Positions 1-11,896 of a stretch of DNA of 64,000 bases are shown here, piece by piece. Position 1 is the first letter of the stretch. Each line of letters starts with the position of its first letter. A model generated the notes under the pieces. The model had not been told where the DNA came from. It saw nothing but the letters and a program-made list of their open reading frames with translations, and did no database searches. The translations under genes were made by a program, and so were the position numbers. The stretch is from Strigamia acuminata (Eukaryota), in NCBI GenBank assembly GCA_949358305.1, contig OX442314.1:25358001-25422000 (forward strand), written 5' to 3'.

Positions 1-3000
1 TAAACACTCCTTCGCTTTATTCACCACTTGATGCTTAGGAGTTGCCAACAAAACCTAAAAGAAAAAAATACATAAAATTTACATAAATTCATTTAAAATC
101 AAACAAAACAAACCTCTTTTAACGGTTGCACAAGTTCCACCAAACAACCCCCACTCACAAACCTCGCCATAATTTCGTACACATTATAACTCTTGCATCC
201 CTTCGCCTCTTTCAAACTCGCTACAATTTCCACGACTTCCTTCTCCTCCGAAACCTCTCCGAACAACTCATTATTGCAAAAATCAATCAACATCTTCAAA
301 CACGCGTCCAAATCGCCGACCACCAACTGGTCCGATAAATTACGCAGAACCGCATGAACCGTAAATATCATCACGTGAACCTGGTAGCCCTTTGTCATGG
401 TTTGCTTCATTTGTTTAACCAAATAAGGGAAATATCTCGGTCCAATCGAGCCGATTATTTTAACCAAAACTTCTCTCGTCGTTGCTCTGATGGCCAGTGC
501 GCGAGATCTCAAGAAAACACACAATTTCAAAAACAACCTACAAAAAAAATCCATCAAAAAATCGAACAAAACACTCGAAATGTAACCACAAACCCCGGTA
601 AGTTCTGCTCCAACGATCCTTTCGGTAAATTTTGAAGTATCTTGACGATAGCGAGTGCTATGGGTACGCGAAGAATTTCTTGGTCTTCGGGAATCGATTC
701 CTTCATCGATTTATGCTGATCGTCGCTTTTGGTCTGAAAAATCCAAACAAAACAAATTAAGATGTGTTTTCGTCTCTAAAATTCTTCTCAATTTACTTTT
801 TTCGTTAAACATCTATTGAGTTGCGGTAGAATTCCCTTAATAACTTGGTTGTGAATTCTCGTGGCAAAAGTCACTTCTTTCCTACTTTTTGGCGTCTCTG
901 CGACGATTTCTTCTTCCATTTTCTCCACATCGTCGACATCCATCGGCGAATCTTCGTCATCGTCGTCAACATTTTCGATTTCGTCTTCCATTTTCTTGCT
1001 CTTTTTCTTCGCTGCTTTCAACGGAGGTGGTTTTAAGTTGCATTTAATCCCTTCCGACATAGTTAAGTCGAAGTGAAAAGCTTCCAATATGGCCACGATT
1101 AGTCTAGAAGAAAAATTAAATAAATTTTTGTAAAATAAATTTTATAGATTTGTTCGGTTTACCTGACAACAATTTTTTGATGTTCGCCATTTTTAGCTAA
1201 AAGAAACAAATAATGCTTCAAAATAACTTCATATTTGTACCAGGAAAGAACTCTGCAAATTTCCCCGACAAGCTAAAAATCAAAACGAATAAAAAATGTT
1301 TAAAAAACAAAAAAACAAAACAAAAAAAAAAGTAAAAATCGACTGACCTCAACACCAGCATCAATTAAAAATGGATGTTTCAAATAAACGTCGGTGAAAA
1401 GAAAAGAAGTTGCGATGGGCATCAAAAACTGCGTCAAAACATCTTCCGAAAACGTGGCAAGTTGCCCGCTTTTCGCCAATTTGTTCAGAGCACGTGTTCG
1501 CCTGTGCATTTGAATGTGACGGATGTTCTCGAAAAAATCCATCTCGGAGTCGTCGCTCAGCAAGGTACGCAAATCCTTCAATTTGGGCATTTCGCAACTC
1601 GAGCGAAGAACCGATGCTAAAATGATGATATATTCGTGTCGCACAGTCTATCAAATCAACAAATATTTAAAACAAACTCATAAAACGCCATAAACTTTCA
1701 AAAAAACCTCAATTTTTGACTTGAGCCCGATCTTAATCTCGGGCAGATAAACATTATGTAGCAAATCAATGCAAACATCGATCTGTCTTCCTTCAGCGCT
1801 CTTAAAACGTGATGATAATTGACATAGGAAATGAGTCGAGGTATCCCTTAACGATATATCATTACACTGAAACATTAAAAATTAAAAAATTAACATAAAA
1901 AATTAAATTAATAAATACAAAATAAAATTTCCTACGTTTCGAATCATGTAAAAACTATTATAAATAGTTAAAACAGCAAGATCCATGTTGTTGTTATTAT
2001 TTTTGATCATTTCCGGGATTTTTTCAATTGCGCTTTGAAAACCTTCCAAACGTTCCAAATAATTTGGTTCTTCAACTCGTCTGGCGTCCCACGAATTCAA
2101 CTTGGTGATGATTGACGAAATCGATTCGTATTCCGGACATCTGCGACCAATCGTGGTCAGCAGTTGGCACAACTCGAGCCGCGAAGCTCGTTTCGACAGA
2201 CAACCAAACAGATTCGCGATTGTTTTCACAAACCGTTTCGGATCGGTCACGTGTTTCGATACCATTCCGATCGTTTGCAAAATGGTGATTTCAACGACCT
2301 AAACACGAGACACAAATTAAAAATAACGAAAAAAAGTTCAAATTTCTATACGAACTTCCAAATTATTGCCGCGTTTTCCCAAAAACGGAAACAATAAATC
2401 GGCCATTTCGTTGCACTGTTGCGGTTCGGTCAAATGTTCGCTGGCTCGTAACAAAATCGTCAAAACCGATTCGGGAACTTGTTTAGTTTTCTTCGAGCTT
2501 AACTTCTTCACGATGGTTTTCAAACGCGAAAAAATAGCGTTGATGTGCGGTAAAAGCATCAGTGTGCCAAAATTCGGCGATTCTAAACGACAAAACGCGA
2601 TTAAATCAATAAAACAAGCAAAATAAATAAGAAAAATTACCATTTTCATTAGCAAATTTGCTTTTGTCGACCTGAAAAGTGTGCGCAACATCGATAGGCG
2701 GTCCTTCTCCGTCCAAGCGCATGTCCGGAGTACAATCGGCCAAGGTAAAAATACTCTCCAGCATGCCGAGTATAAACCGGACCACAACCGGCCGTGTTTG
2801 TGCCGACACGAGCAACTCCATGAGTTTGCTCAACGGGGAAAGAGTAGCGTCGTTCAAATTGAATTTCGCGAGGAGCGAAAAATATCTCGGATTACTGCTC
2901 CACACTTGCAACAGTCGCAGCAGAGCTGTCGGAGTGTAAATACTTTCAAAATGGAGGCGTTTTAACTGAAAATTTTAAAATAACGAATCAATAAATTTTG

Positions 3001-6000
3001 TTTTAAAGTAATTTTTATTTTGTATACCTGTGGCCAAATACCGGCTTCAAAAATGGCTTCGATTTCGAGCGTCGTGAACGGATAAGTGTCAAACAATTCG
3101 AAAAACTACAAGAAAAGTGTTCGATTTTTAGTAAAATATAAAATAAAATTCTAGTGTGTGAAAAACGTTTTGATTTTATACCTTTACTAATTCATTCAAT
3201 GCCAAACTACGTAAATTTCTAAGAGGGTTTATAAATTTCGGATGCATTTCGTCTCTGCGCTCCAACAACTGATTCGTAATAGTCAGCATACTCAATATGA
3301 GTTTCAGTAGCCACGGCAGATGATTAGTCATCAAGTTACCGATCTTCGAAAATGCAATTCCCAACAAATCCAAAGACCTAAAAAATTAAAAAACACGAAA
3401 ATTAAATAAAATCTACAAAAAATATCAATAAAAATCAAAATATCTGACCATTGAATCTTTTTTAAAGGTAAAACTGCCGATGTATCGATGGACGAAATGA
3501 TTTTTGCGACCATTTCAACAGCTTCGTCTGTAAATGTAAATAAAATATAAATTAAAACAATTTTAACCAAATATTAATATTTTTTCCTACCATTAGTGTA
3601 TTTCAAAAATGGCTGAAAAGCAAGTTCGAGGAACATCTTCAATTCCGACTCCTGAGCGCCGGCTAAAAACCTCATCACGATTCCACGTCGTTTCGAAGAA
3701 TTCTTTTTCCCACTCGTATTCTTCCCGATACTCGCACTCATTCTTCCGAATAAAATCCTATCAAAAAAACCATCGCGTTACATAATTATTTAATATAAAT
3801 TATCAACATAAATACCTGAGTACAACCGGTAACACTTTATCTCTGTCTTTATCCTCTACGACCTTGCATTCCGCGTCGATATTAAACTTGGTGAGCACGC
3901 TTTTAACAGTTTTGTCGCTCAACATGTTGTACAACTTGGTTTGATATTTATTGATCGCTTCGTCGTTGTACGATATAATAAAATCCAAAGCGAAATTCTG
4001 AATCTTTGGATTTCTATGCGTCAAAAGTGTTTCCATCACTTCTCGTAGCTCTGGTTCGCGGTACACCGCTTTGGGATTACGGAACTTCCCGATCACTGAC
4101 AAATAACTACAAAGCGTTCTAAAAAATAAAAAAAAATATGAAAATAACTTTAAAGATTTTATTAAATTTCACTTAATTACTTAATAACGTTTCCTTTGTT
4201 GGAACTTCGACGGTTTTTGTTCCGAACGACGTTTTTCTTCGCTTTTTTATACGTTTCAATCTGTTCGTCGTCCAGAGTTTCGTCCAAATCAACATCATTT
4301 ATTTCAGTTTCGTCGACAACACCGTTCTCAAACTCGATTTCACGCAGCGACTGTTCGTCGATTTCCAGCCCATCAATATCCATGTCGTTATCGGTCTCAT
4401 TGAGATTTTTTCTACGCAAATCTTGAGTCGGAGCGGCGCTAAAATCCGTCCTATAATATTCTTCGCTGTAAAATCAAGAATTTTTGAATTTTAATTCATT
4501 TTATATAATAAAAAAACACCGAATTTTGTCTTACTGTAAGAACTGGAACAATAATGGAACAATCGCCCTGTTCTTTTGTTCCACAATATCATTAAAAGAA
4601 CTCAAAGTATTCCACATTAGTTCGCGATGATTAACATAATCGGGACGATCTAAACAAAACAAAAAATTAATCAAAACCACTTAAATTTAACAAAACAAAT
4701 TCATCAATACCATTTTTCTCCGTCAAAAATCGTCTGTACACCAAATCCAACTGTCTAAACAGCTTCACGTTTGTATGTTCGACTTCGACCCCAACTCCGT
4801 GTGAATTCGAACCATTTTCAGCGACTAATAATTATTATTACAAAAAAAAATATATTAATTTACTAATCAAACTAATAATATTAGTTATATCATACCAATA
4901 ATATTAGCATCTTCGGTGAGAACGGGCAAAACAATCTCCCAAAATAGTTCGCTTTTCATTCCTCTCGCGTACGATTCGATCAATTTACGAATTGGACTCC
5001 AGAGAAGTTTAAAATTCACAAACAACGATCCAATGAGATAAAGTAGAGGAACGTGTTCGTATTTTCCTTCCGGAATGTGCGGTTGTACTAATTCCCAATC
5101 AAGTTTTTGTAAAAATTTCAACCGATCGCGATAAGTTCGTATAGTCGGCTCGATTTGCTCCGCAGCGAGACAAATCAAAAAAACATTAGTTTGTTGAATA
5201 TTCTGCAAAAAAATTTAAGATTTTAAATAAAAAAAATTCATTTATAATCCAAAAATTACCCACATCAACTGCAATAGTCGGTAACTTCAAATTAAACGAC
5301 GAAAAAATCCTCAGTGTCAATAACCGCACTTCCTGGTGAGGCGATTTCAAATTATCTTGCAATTGTGGAAATAAATTCTCAATTTCATCGCAGCAAGCCT
5401 TTTGATGAATTTTAGCGTGATTTAAAACGATGTCAACTGTTCGTAAAATAAATACATTTTTCGGACACGACCTAAAAATATTTTTTTTTAAAAATTAAAA
5501 AAAAATTAATTAAAAATCATTAAAATACAAAACGATGCGTACACGAGCAGTTGTAGTAACGCTCCTTCATCAAAAGAGTCAAAAAACGTATCCTGGTATT
5601 TCTCTAGCAATATTTGACACGTGACCAGCTGATTAAACACGAATGGAATATCGTCTAACAAAACAAACGTTAAATTACTTAAATAACATTAATACATAAA
5701 TAATTTCTCATCTTTTAATACCTGGCTCGGGCAATGAATAAACATTAACTCGCAATAACGTTAATTTAGATTTGACGGAATTCAAATCGATCGGTCGAAC
5801 GTGTGGCAATAAAATTAGAACCGATAACAACATCGGAAAATCCGCGTAAATGTCTTCAACGTCAAGGTTGATAAAATGCGTTATTGCCGACGTAATTTTC
5901 TCCGCATTTCTACAAAAACCAAACAATTAATCGAAGAAACTATTTCAGCAAAAAATATAATTTTTTTTTTACTTAAAATCCAAATTATATCTCTGCCAAG

Positions 6001-8037
6001 TGCCGAATTGGTCTCCATTTTGGGGAACGGGGCGAAACTCGAAGATAACTTGAGTGAATAACAATAAAATATCCGCCCGGGTTTCGTCGTTTAAGCATTG
6101 TTGAGTGAAATTAACGAGTGGTAACAGAACATCCTAATTAAACATCAAAATACCGTCAATAATTGTAAAATTAGTATTCATCATATTCAATGTACCTTTT
6201 CGAACATTCCGTAACTAAACATGAGTCGCACAAACGTCAATTTCGATTTGTAACAATACGAACTTTTAAAAACCTAAAAACGTTTAAAAAAAATAAAAAA
6301 GAATTAGAAATAAACTTATTTTATATTAAATTGACGTCCTAACCATTTTAATTAGTCTCGTGATGGGAGAAATTTCCAATTTCGACGACAAATTCAACAG
6401 GCAGAACGCAATCAACTCCAAAATGGAGTCGGCGCAATTGGATGTAAATGCACACTCGGACAAAAGCCATTCCAAAACCTCGGTGATGTGTTTCACGTCG
6501 ATTATCAACTTCCCGCCGTCGTGCGTAACAAACACTTTCCATACACTTAAAACGCTAGAAAGATGTTCTTGGCACGAAACTCGATTATTTTCACCCTCTT
6601 GTACCAATTGCTTAATAAATTTCTGCAAAAAATTAATCGATATTTAATATTTATTCAATTTAATCGGTTTAAAACTCACGTTAAAAACATTCCAAACTGG
6701 CGACATGAAGTTTTGAGTAGTGTAACTAGCCATCGACGATGCCATTTGTGATTGACAGTCCAAAACGAGAGGCCAGGATAAAATCGTGTTGTTTCCAATT
6801 CCCGATCCAAGTTTCTTAAGCATTAAAGGCATGATCTGTTAAAATAATAATTTTAGAAAACACAAAAATGTTAGAAAATTAATATATTTTCTCCAAAATG
6901 TTAATTTCAAACCATTTCGATACTGCTGTGAAACTGCTGTTGTACGCCTTTCACAACTTCGTACAATAATTGTCCAAATCCATTACAATTCTATAAAAAT
7001 CAAATTACATAAAATAATTATTACGAATTTAAAACAAAACGACTTAAATACATTCGGGTTCTTTTCCAATTGGATAAAAATAAAGTCCAGAAGTTTCTCT
7101 TTATCCGGCACTTTCCGTATTAAAAAAGCTAAACTTTCTGCCGCAAAATTACGGATGTGTTGTGGTTGTTTTATACTCAAAAACGGAAGATAAATCCTAA
7201 ATAAAAATTTTTTAAAAAAATATCATCAATAAATATTTTTTTTAAATGTTATTTCTTCCAAAATCATACGTGAAAACTTCTTCGATATCCTTTATCATAT
7301 ACCGCCATAAGAATTTAAACAAATATGACAAAGTAGTGAAGGCGCATTCGATCAACTCCACATCTTTTGTGTTGACAAGTTTTAAAATAATTTTGAAAAA
7401 CTTGCTGTAATGAGGATAAAAATCGACTTGGAGGTCCTTGGCAACACAGATAACCAATCTAATTAAAAAATATACATTAAAATTACGTAATAATTAAAAA
7501 AAAAATTAAAAATTACTCCAAAATTGGTTGCAATGCCACACTTTTCTCATTCTCCAAGTGTTTAGCCAATAATTCGATAACTTCATTCTGTAAAATTAAA
7601 AATATTACAAAATTACTATCAAAACATCCAAAATGTTAATTTTATTTCTTTTAAACCTCATTGAGGACCAATTGCTTCAGTGTTTCGACTTCTGGAAGCT
7701 GGTTCTTAAAAGCATCTGCAATTAAATTAAGTTTTTTGATTACAATTTCGCATTATAATAAAATAAATATTTCGTTACCGAAATCGTCGGTGAAGTTCAA
7801 TTCGCTCCACTTGATTAGACCTTCGGCTAAGAAAGTGTCACCTTCTTGGGGTACGTCATTTTGAATCGCGATTCTGTGAATGACATTGATGTTGATTCTC
7901 GCAATTCGTTCAGAAAATGTTTGAAACTGTCAACAAAATCAGCATTTTTAGTAAATCACAATAAAGCGTTTATTTTCAAGCACAAATCTTACTCTGTATG
8001 TGTTTTGCGTTGTCTGTGATTTCGGTTTTTCTTTCAT
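1..8037 (-). CDS. UTP20: Small subunit processome component 20 homolog (UTP20/DRIM), HEAT-repeat nucleolar protein; multi-exon, 3' part outside the window
   Basis: ATG at 8037. The spliced N-terminus MKEKPKSQTTQNTYR-FQTFSERIARININVIHRI resembles the metazoan UTP20 start as I recall it (MKTKPVSHKTENTYRFLTFAERL...), and later motifs (AKDLQVDFYPHY, FKFLWRY, FAAESLAFLIRK, DFFENIRHIQMHRRTRAL, GYQVHVMIFTVH) also fit UTP20. Exons with GT-AG ends and consistent phase: 8037-7993, 7926-7779, 7715-7657, 7587-7517, 7458-7270, 7196-7052, 6990-6913, 6835-6680, 6622-6344, 6273-6196, 6133-5973, 5909-5722, 5654-5543, 5471-5264, 5202-4896, 4824-4711, 4649-4535, 4465-4181, 4118-3816, 3757-3591, 3527-3449, 3377-3182, 3105-3028, 2965-2641, 2582-2356, 2298-1936, 1866-1708, 1647-1348, 1272-1163, 1103-797, 733-594, 537-114, 54-1. 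Total 5970 nt = 1990 codons. Confidence 0.96.
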
Positions 8038-8175
8038 TTTGCTAAATTGGATCAAAAGCAAGCGCAACACGTTTGGATCACCATGTGGCACTGGTCGCCG
8101 CCATCTTTAGCTACACATAAATTCCGGTAGTTTAAGAAATCTGCTTCCGCTTTCTGTTAAAGCGACATCTATTGT
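8038..8175 (-). promoter_or_regulatory. UTP20 5'UTR / proximal promoter
   Basis: GC-richer patch just upstream of the ATG. It has a YY1 motif (AAGATGGCGGC on minus, 8097-8107), a non-canonical Myc-type E-box CATGTG (8082-8087) and a CTCF-like CAATAGATGTCGC on minus near 8162-8174. TSS not determined. Confidence 0.55.
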
Positions 8176-9180
8176 TAAATAAAATAACCAACAAATATGT
8201 TTTATTAGGAGTTTTTATAATTTATTATTATAATTCAATTTTATAACATCAATTCATTGTTCAATAATACCACAAAAACAAATGAACATTTTTAAATGCA
8301 GGTTCGATATTACAACAAAAAATTAAAACTTTCGATTTCATTTATTATAAGAAAAATCGGATGTTTTTATTTTGTTTGTAAAAAATTCATAACAACCCCA
8401 ATATAATTTCTTAATTTCCCACACTATCCTTCAAAAAAAGTGACCAAATCGCCCCTAAATTCCAAGAATGTGTAAGGTTTCATTTTTTCCAACTGAACCC
8501 TATCATTATATCACTTTTCTAGATCACACAATAAATGTAATAAAAAAATCAAAATTATATAACTAAAACCATATTGCTCTGACCTTTGCTTGCTCTGGAA
8601 TATCCAATAATAATAAAAGTACAAGTTTTGCCAAGAATTCTTATGGTAATGAATAGCAAATACGAATCCAAACAGAACAAAATAAAATATAAATAATAAT
8701 TACAAAAAATAAAATATTTTTTTCCACCTAATCAAAACTGACAAGTAAATTAGCCTTCATTTGCAGAGTATAATTAAAACTTGACTGCATTCATTATACC
8801 TGTATATCCAGTGCATAAAAATTAAACAAATAACCTATCAAGTTATTTCATATATTTCATAAATACTAACAAGTAAGCCTGATTGCAATTCTTTGCTTCA
8901 TCTTAAAACTTATTCATTACTGGAGGCAACTGTCAGATAAACAGGAGTGAAATACAATCTTTTTCTAAGGAATCAGGGTTACCTGAGTGTGAAGGAAAGA
9001 AAAGGTGGCGACCTGTGTTCACAAGTAAAGTTAATCATTTTTTATTAAAAATTGCAGTAAATTACATCAATTACCAATTGGGTCAAATCTGTACTAATCC
9101 AGCAATAATTTGAGCAAGACTCATCCACTATGCATTTACACCTGAATGTATATTATTCATATACATATCTATACTGTGAA

Positions 9181-9382
9181 GTGGCCCTGAGAGGCTCAAA
9201 GGCCACACACAAATCTGAAATTGAATTTTCAACATAGTGACCTAGAGCGGCCACATGAAACATAGATCATGAATCATAAAATTGGAATTACAATTGAATT
9301 TTAAAAAATTGATGTGCCCTAGCTAGCTGAGCCATAAATATTGAAAATTCACTTTCAATTTTATGTGTTTTCCCAGGGTCAC
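9181..9382. mobile_element. Degenerate fold-back / MITE-like element
   Basis: Left arm gtggccctgaga...cacacaaatctgaaattgaattttcaacata...ccacat matches the reverse complement of the right arm (gtgaccctggga...cacataaaattgaaagtgaattttcaatatt...gcacat) over about 70 nt. No clear TSD. Confidence 0.55.
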
Positions 9383-10664
9383 CATTAGTGCTATCTACTA
9401 TTCAGAGTGAATCCTAAACCCAGCAGCCATTGCGCCATAACTATATCGTGATCACCGAAACGAATGAAATTTAAAATCCATAATGTACAAAGCATAGATT
9501 TTGTTAACCATTTATTTTATTTACACTACAGCCAGGCCTAAATCTTTCTTTATTATTATTATTATTATTAAGATAATGAAATATCCACTGACCACGGTCG
9601 TGGGCCCTTGACTGTTCGTTGCAGCTGGTCCATAATGACGAAAAGAAGAAATAAAACATATTTATTTATTTAGTATTTCTTTTGTAAACGTCCGTTTATT
9701 ATCGAGAATCTTCCGTTGATATGGAGTGCCACAAACCGTATTCTTTTCTTTAGAGCGTGAAATATTGTTTAAACTCTGTAATTATGCATCATCCGTGAGA
9801 ATTTTTCAGTTAGGAGTCACCAAAGCAACTTTCCTTCAAATCACCTGCCCAACCAGTAACCATTTGGGAATTCTGAGTGACTCATCTATCACATACAATT
9901 TTCATTTAATTTTTATTTCACTGTTTAAACTTTTACACATTCAATAGACAACTGATCTAAATAAATAAAACACACTTTAAACACTAAAGAATATTTTTTA
10001 ATTTACATTCAGACAAGTTTGGAACAACTTGCAATACAATTTTGCTACGTGTAGTAACTTAGTTTGGATAATCAATTATTTCTTTACGAGTATATTATCA
10101 TATTTGCATTAAAAAAGATTGATATCTGTACATAAAATTTGTAGCCCAAAATGACTTTGCACTTTGCAACCGTGTGCTGAAAGGCCTGAAACTCTACTTG
10201 GAACTAATCAACATGCAAAGCTTCAACTCCCAACACGTCATACAAACCGAGTCTCATCTAGACACCAGACAGTCCAGCGCACTTAATTTATTTTCACCGA
10301 TTCCCATAGCTCTTATCGCTTTACTAAAAACTCCCATCAAAATCAAATTTCCTTCCTCCATAGATATACAATTCAAATAAAAACATATACCAAGAATTGG
10401 CCAAGTGCAAACATCTTATCCTTGAATTTCTTAAAGAAACCGAACGAAATATGCGCAATATCGGCGTGCAAAGACACAAAGGGTCTAAAACGACCCAAAA
10501 CCTTGAATTTAAAGCGTATAAATCGTGTCTAAAATTGATACGCATCTCGAATTATTATAAAATATGATGGAAGAAACGTTTTATTGATCGAGATGCTACT
10601 GATATTAATAAAAGCAAGTGTATACTTAGATCAGATTCCGATTGGTTGTGGCCTTAGACATTTC

Positions 10665-10738
10665 TCCACCTGCTAGACCAGACGAGGAAAACTGGCACAC
10701 GTTGGCAGGTGCACAACCTCCGTATAACAAAATTCCAG
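10665..10738 (+). repeat. Duplicated non-coding module B, copy 1 (inverted copy at 24496-24578)
   Basis: tccacctgct, gaggaaa, ggcaggtgcacaacct (16 nt) and aacaa...tccag occur reverse-complemented and in collinear order at 24496-24578. Confidence 0.75.
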
Positions 10739-11762
10739 GTATAATTTCTTATTTTAAAATTTGTAAAAACTTCGCAAATTGATCACTAAAAATTTATTTA
10801 ATAAAAAAAAAAAATTTCTTTTCCTCATTACTGAAATTTTCGCTTGATTACGTAGCAAATTTTCTATATAAAAAAAAAATAAAAATAAAAAAATATACAC
10901 CAATTAACATAAAAGACAATTATACCTTGTGGGGCATAGTAGAGTTCCAAGTAAATGATTGCCTATCTAAAATCATCCTGTCAATTAAGGTGTGGTGTGA
11001 AGCAAAATGAACATAGACTTAAAACATGCCACCAATGTAGAGCAATAAATCATGAGAAAACAAGTGCTCTTTAAGTAATCAATCATTGCAAACTGATCAA
11101 GATAGGTTTTTTTTTTTTTTGGTTTTTTAAGACAAAAAAATTCATTTATTTACTTAAATTATTACTTTTATCAATTTGATTCAATCAAAATATATTTTTT
11201 TAAATTCCAAATCCTGTCCACAAAAAAAACAAAAGTTAATTTTGGTTATTTATATTTTTTTGTTTTCACAATGTATAGTTATTAAAGAGCGGTACAAGAC
11301 ACATGTTGCCGCTTTGTCTCAGGGTGTCACTCGTCCTCTAAAAATTCACCTGTCACGGAGTATAAACATACCGTTAAGTCGTTTTCTATTTGCTAATTAA
11401 TTTGTATGTCCTCTAATCATACGTTTTTCTAATTTTTTCATTCAAATGTTTGGTAATAAATAGGTCAGCTGGATGCTTTTTACTCGCAACAATATCAGAC
11501 TCAAGGTAAGATTGGTCGCGTGGCAATAATGACAGGGAAAAAACGAGACACAAATCGAGTTGTCCATGTCAGTTTCTACTTTTTTACCCCCTTGATTGAC
11601 CTCTTTCGCTGCATCTTAATAAAAATCGAAATAATGAACCGAAACACTTCTGTCCTTAACCCTATTTTTTTTTTAAATACCCATTTTTATTTGGGAGATT
11701 AAAATTTTAGAAAATGAATTATTTTTTTTAAAAAAAAGTGTCAACAAGTTGGAGATTTTACT

Positions 11763-11896
11763 TTGCATTTTCCACCCATAAAGTGCGTAGGTTTGGGCAA
11801 TGGCAGAGGTTAAGGTGATGCCTGTCGGCTGTTTTTATCCACGGGTTGCAAACGTCCTGCTTTCCTTGGCCTCACGACTCACGAGTTGACTTCTGT
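11763..11896 (+). repeat. Duplicated non-coding module A, copy 1 (inverted copy at 21402-21520)
   Basis: 11801-11832 matches the reverse complement of 21448-21479 at 30/32 with a 25-nt perfect core. 11853-11871 is the exact reverse complement of 21423-21441. Weaker similarity on both flanks. Confidence 0.9.

Noticed and set aside
126..7864. Plus-strand ORFs over UTP20
   Set aside because: Antisense shadows of the real minus-strand exons.
10560..10605. C/D snoRNA-like ATGATG...CTGA with terminal stem
   Set aside because: Imperfect C box and only about 45 nt.
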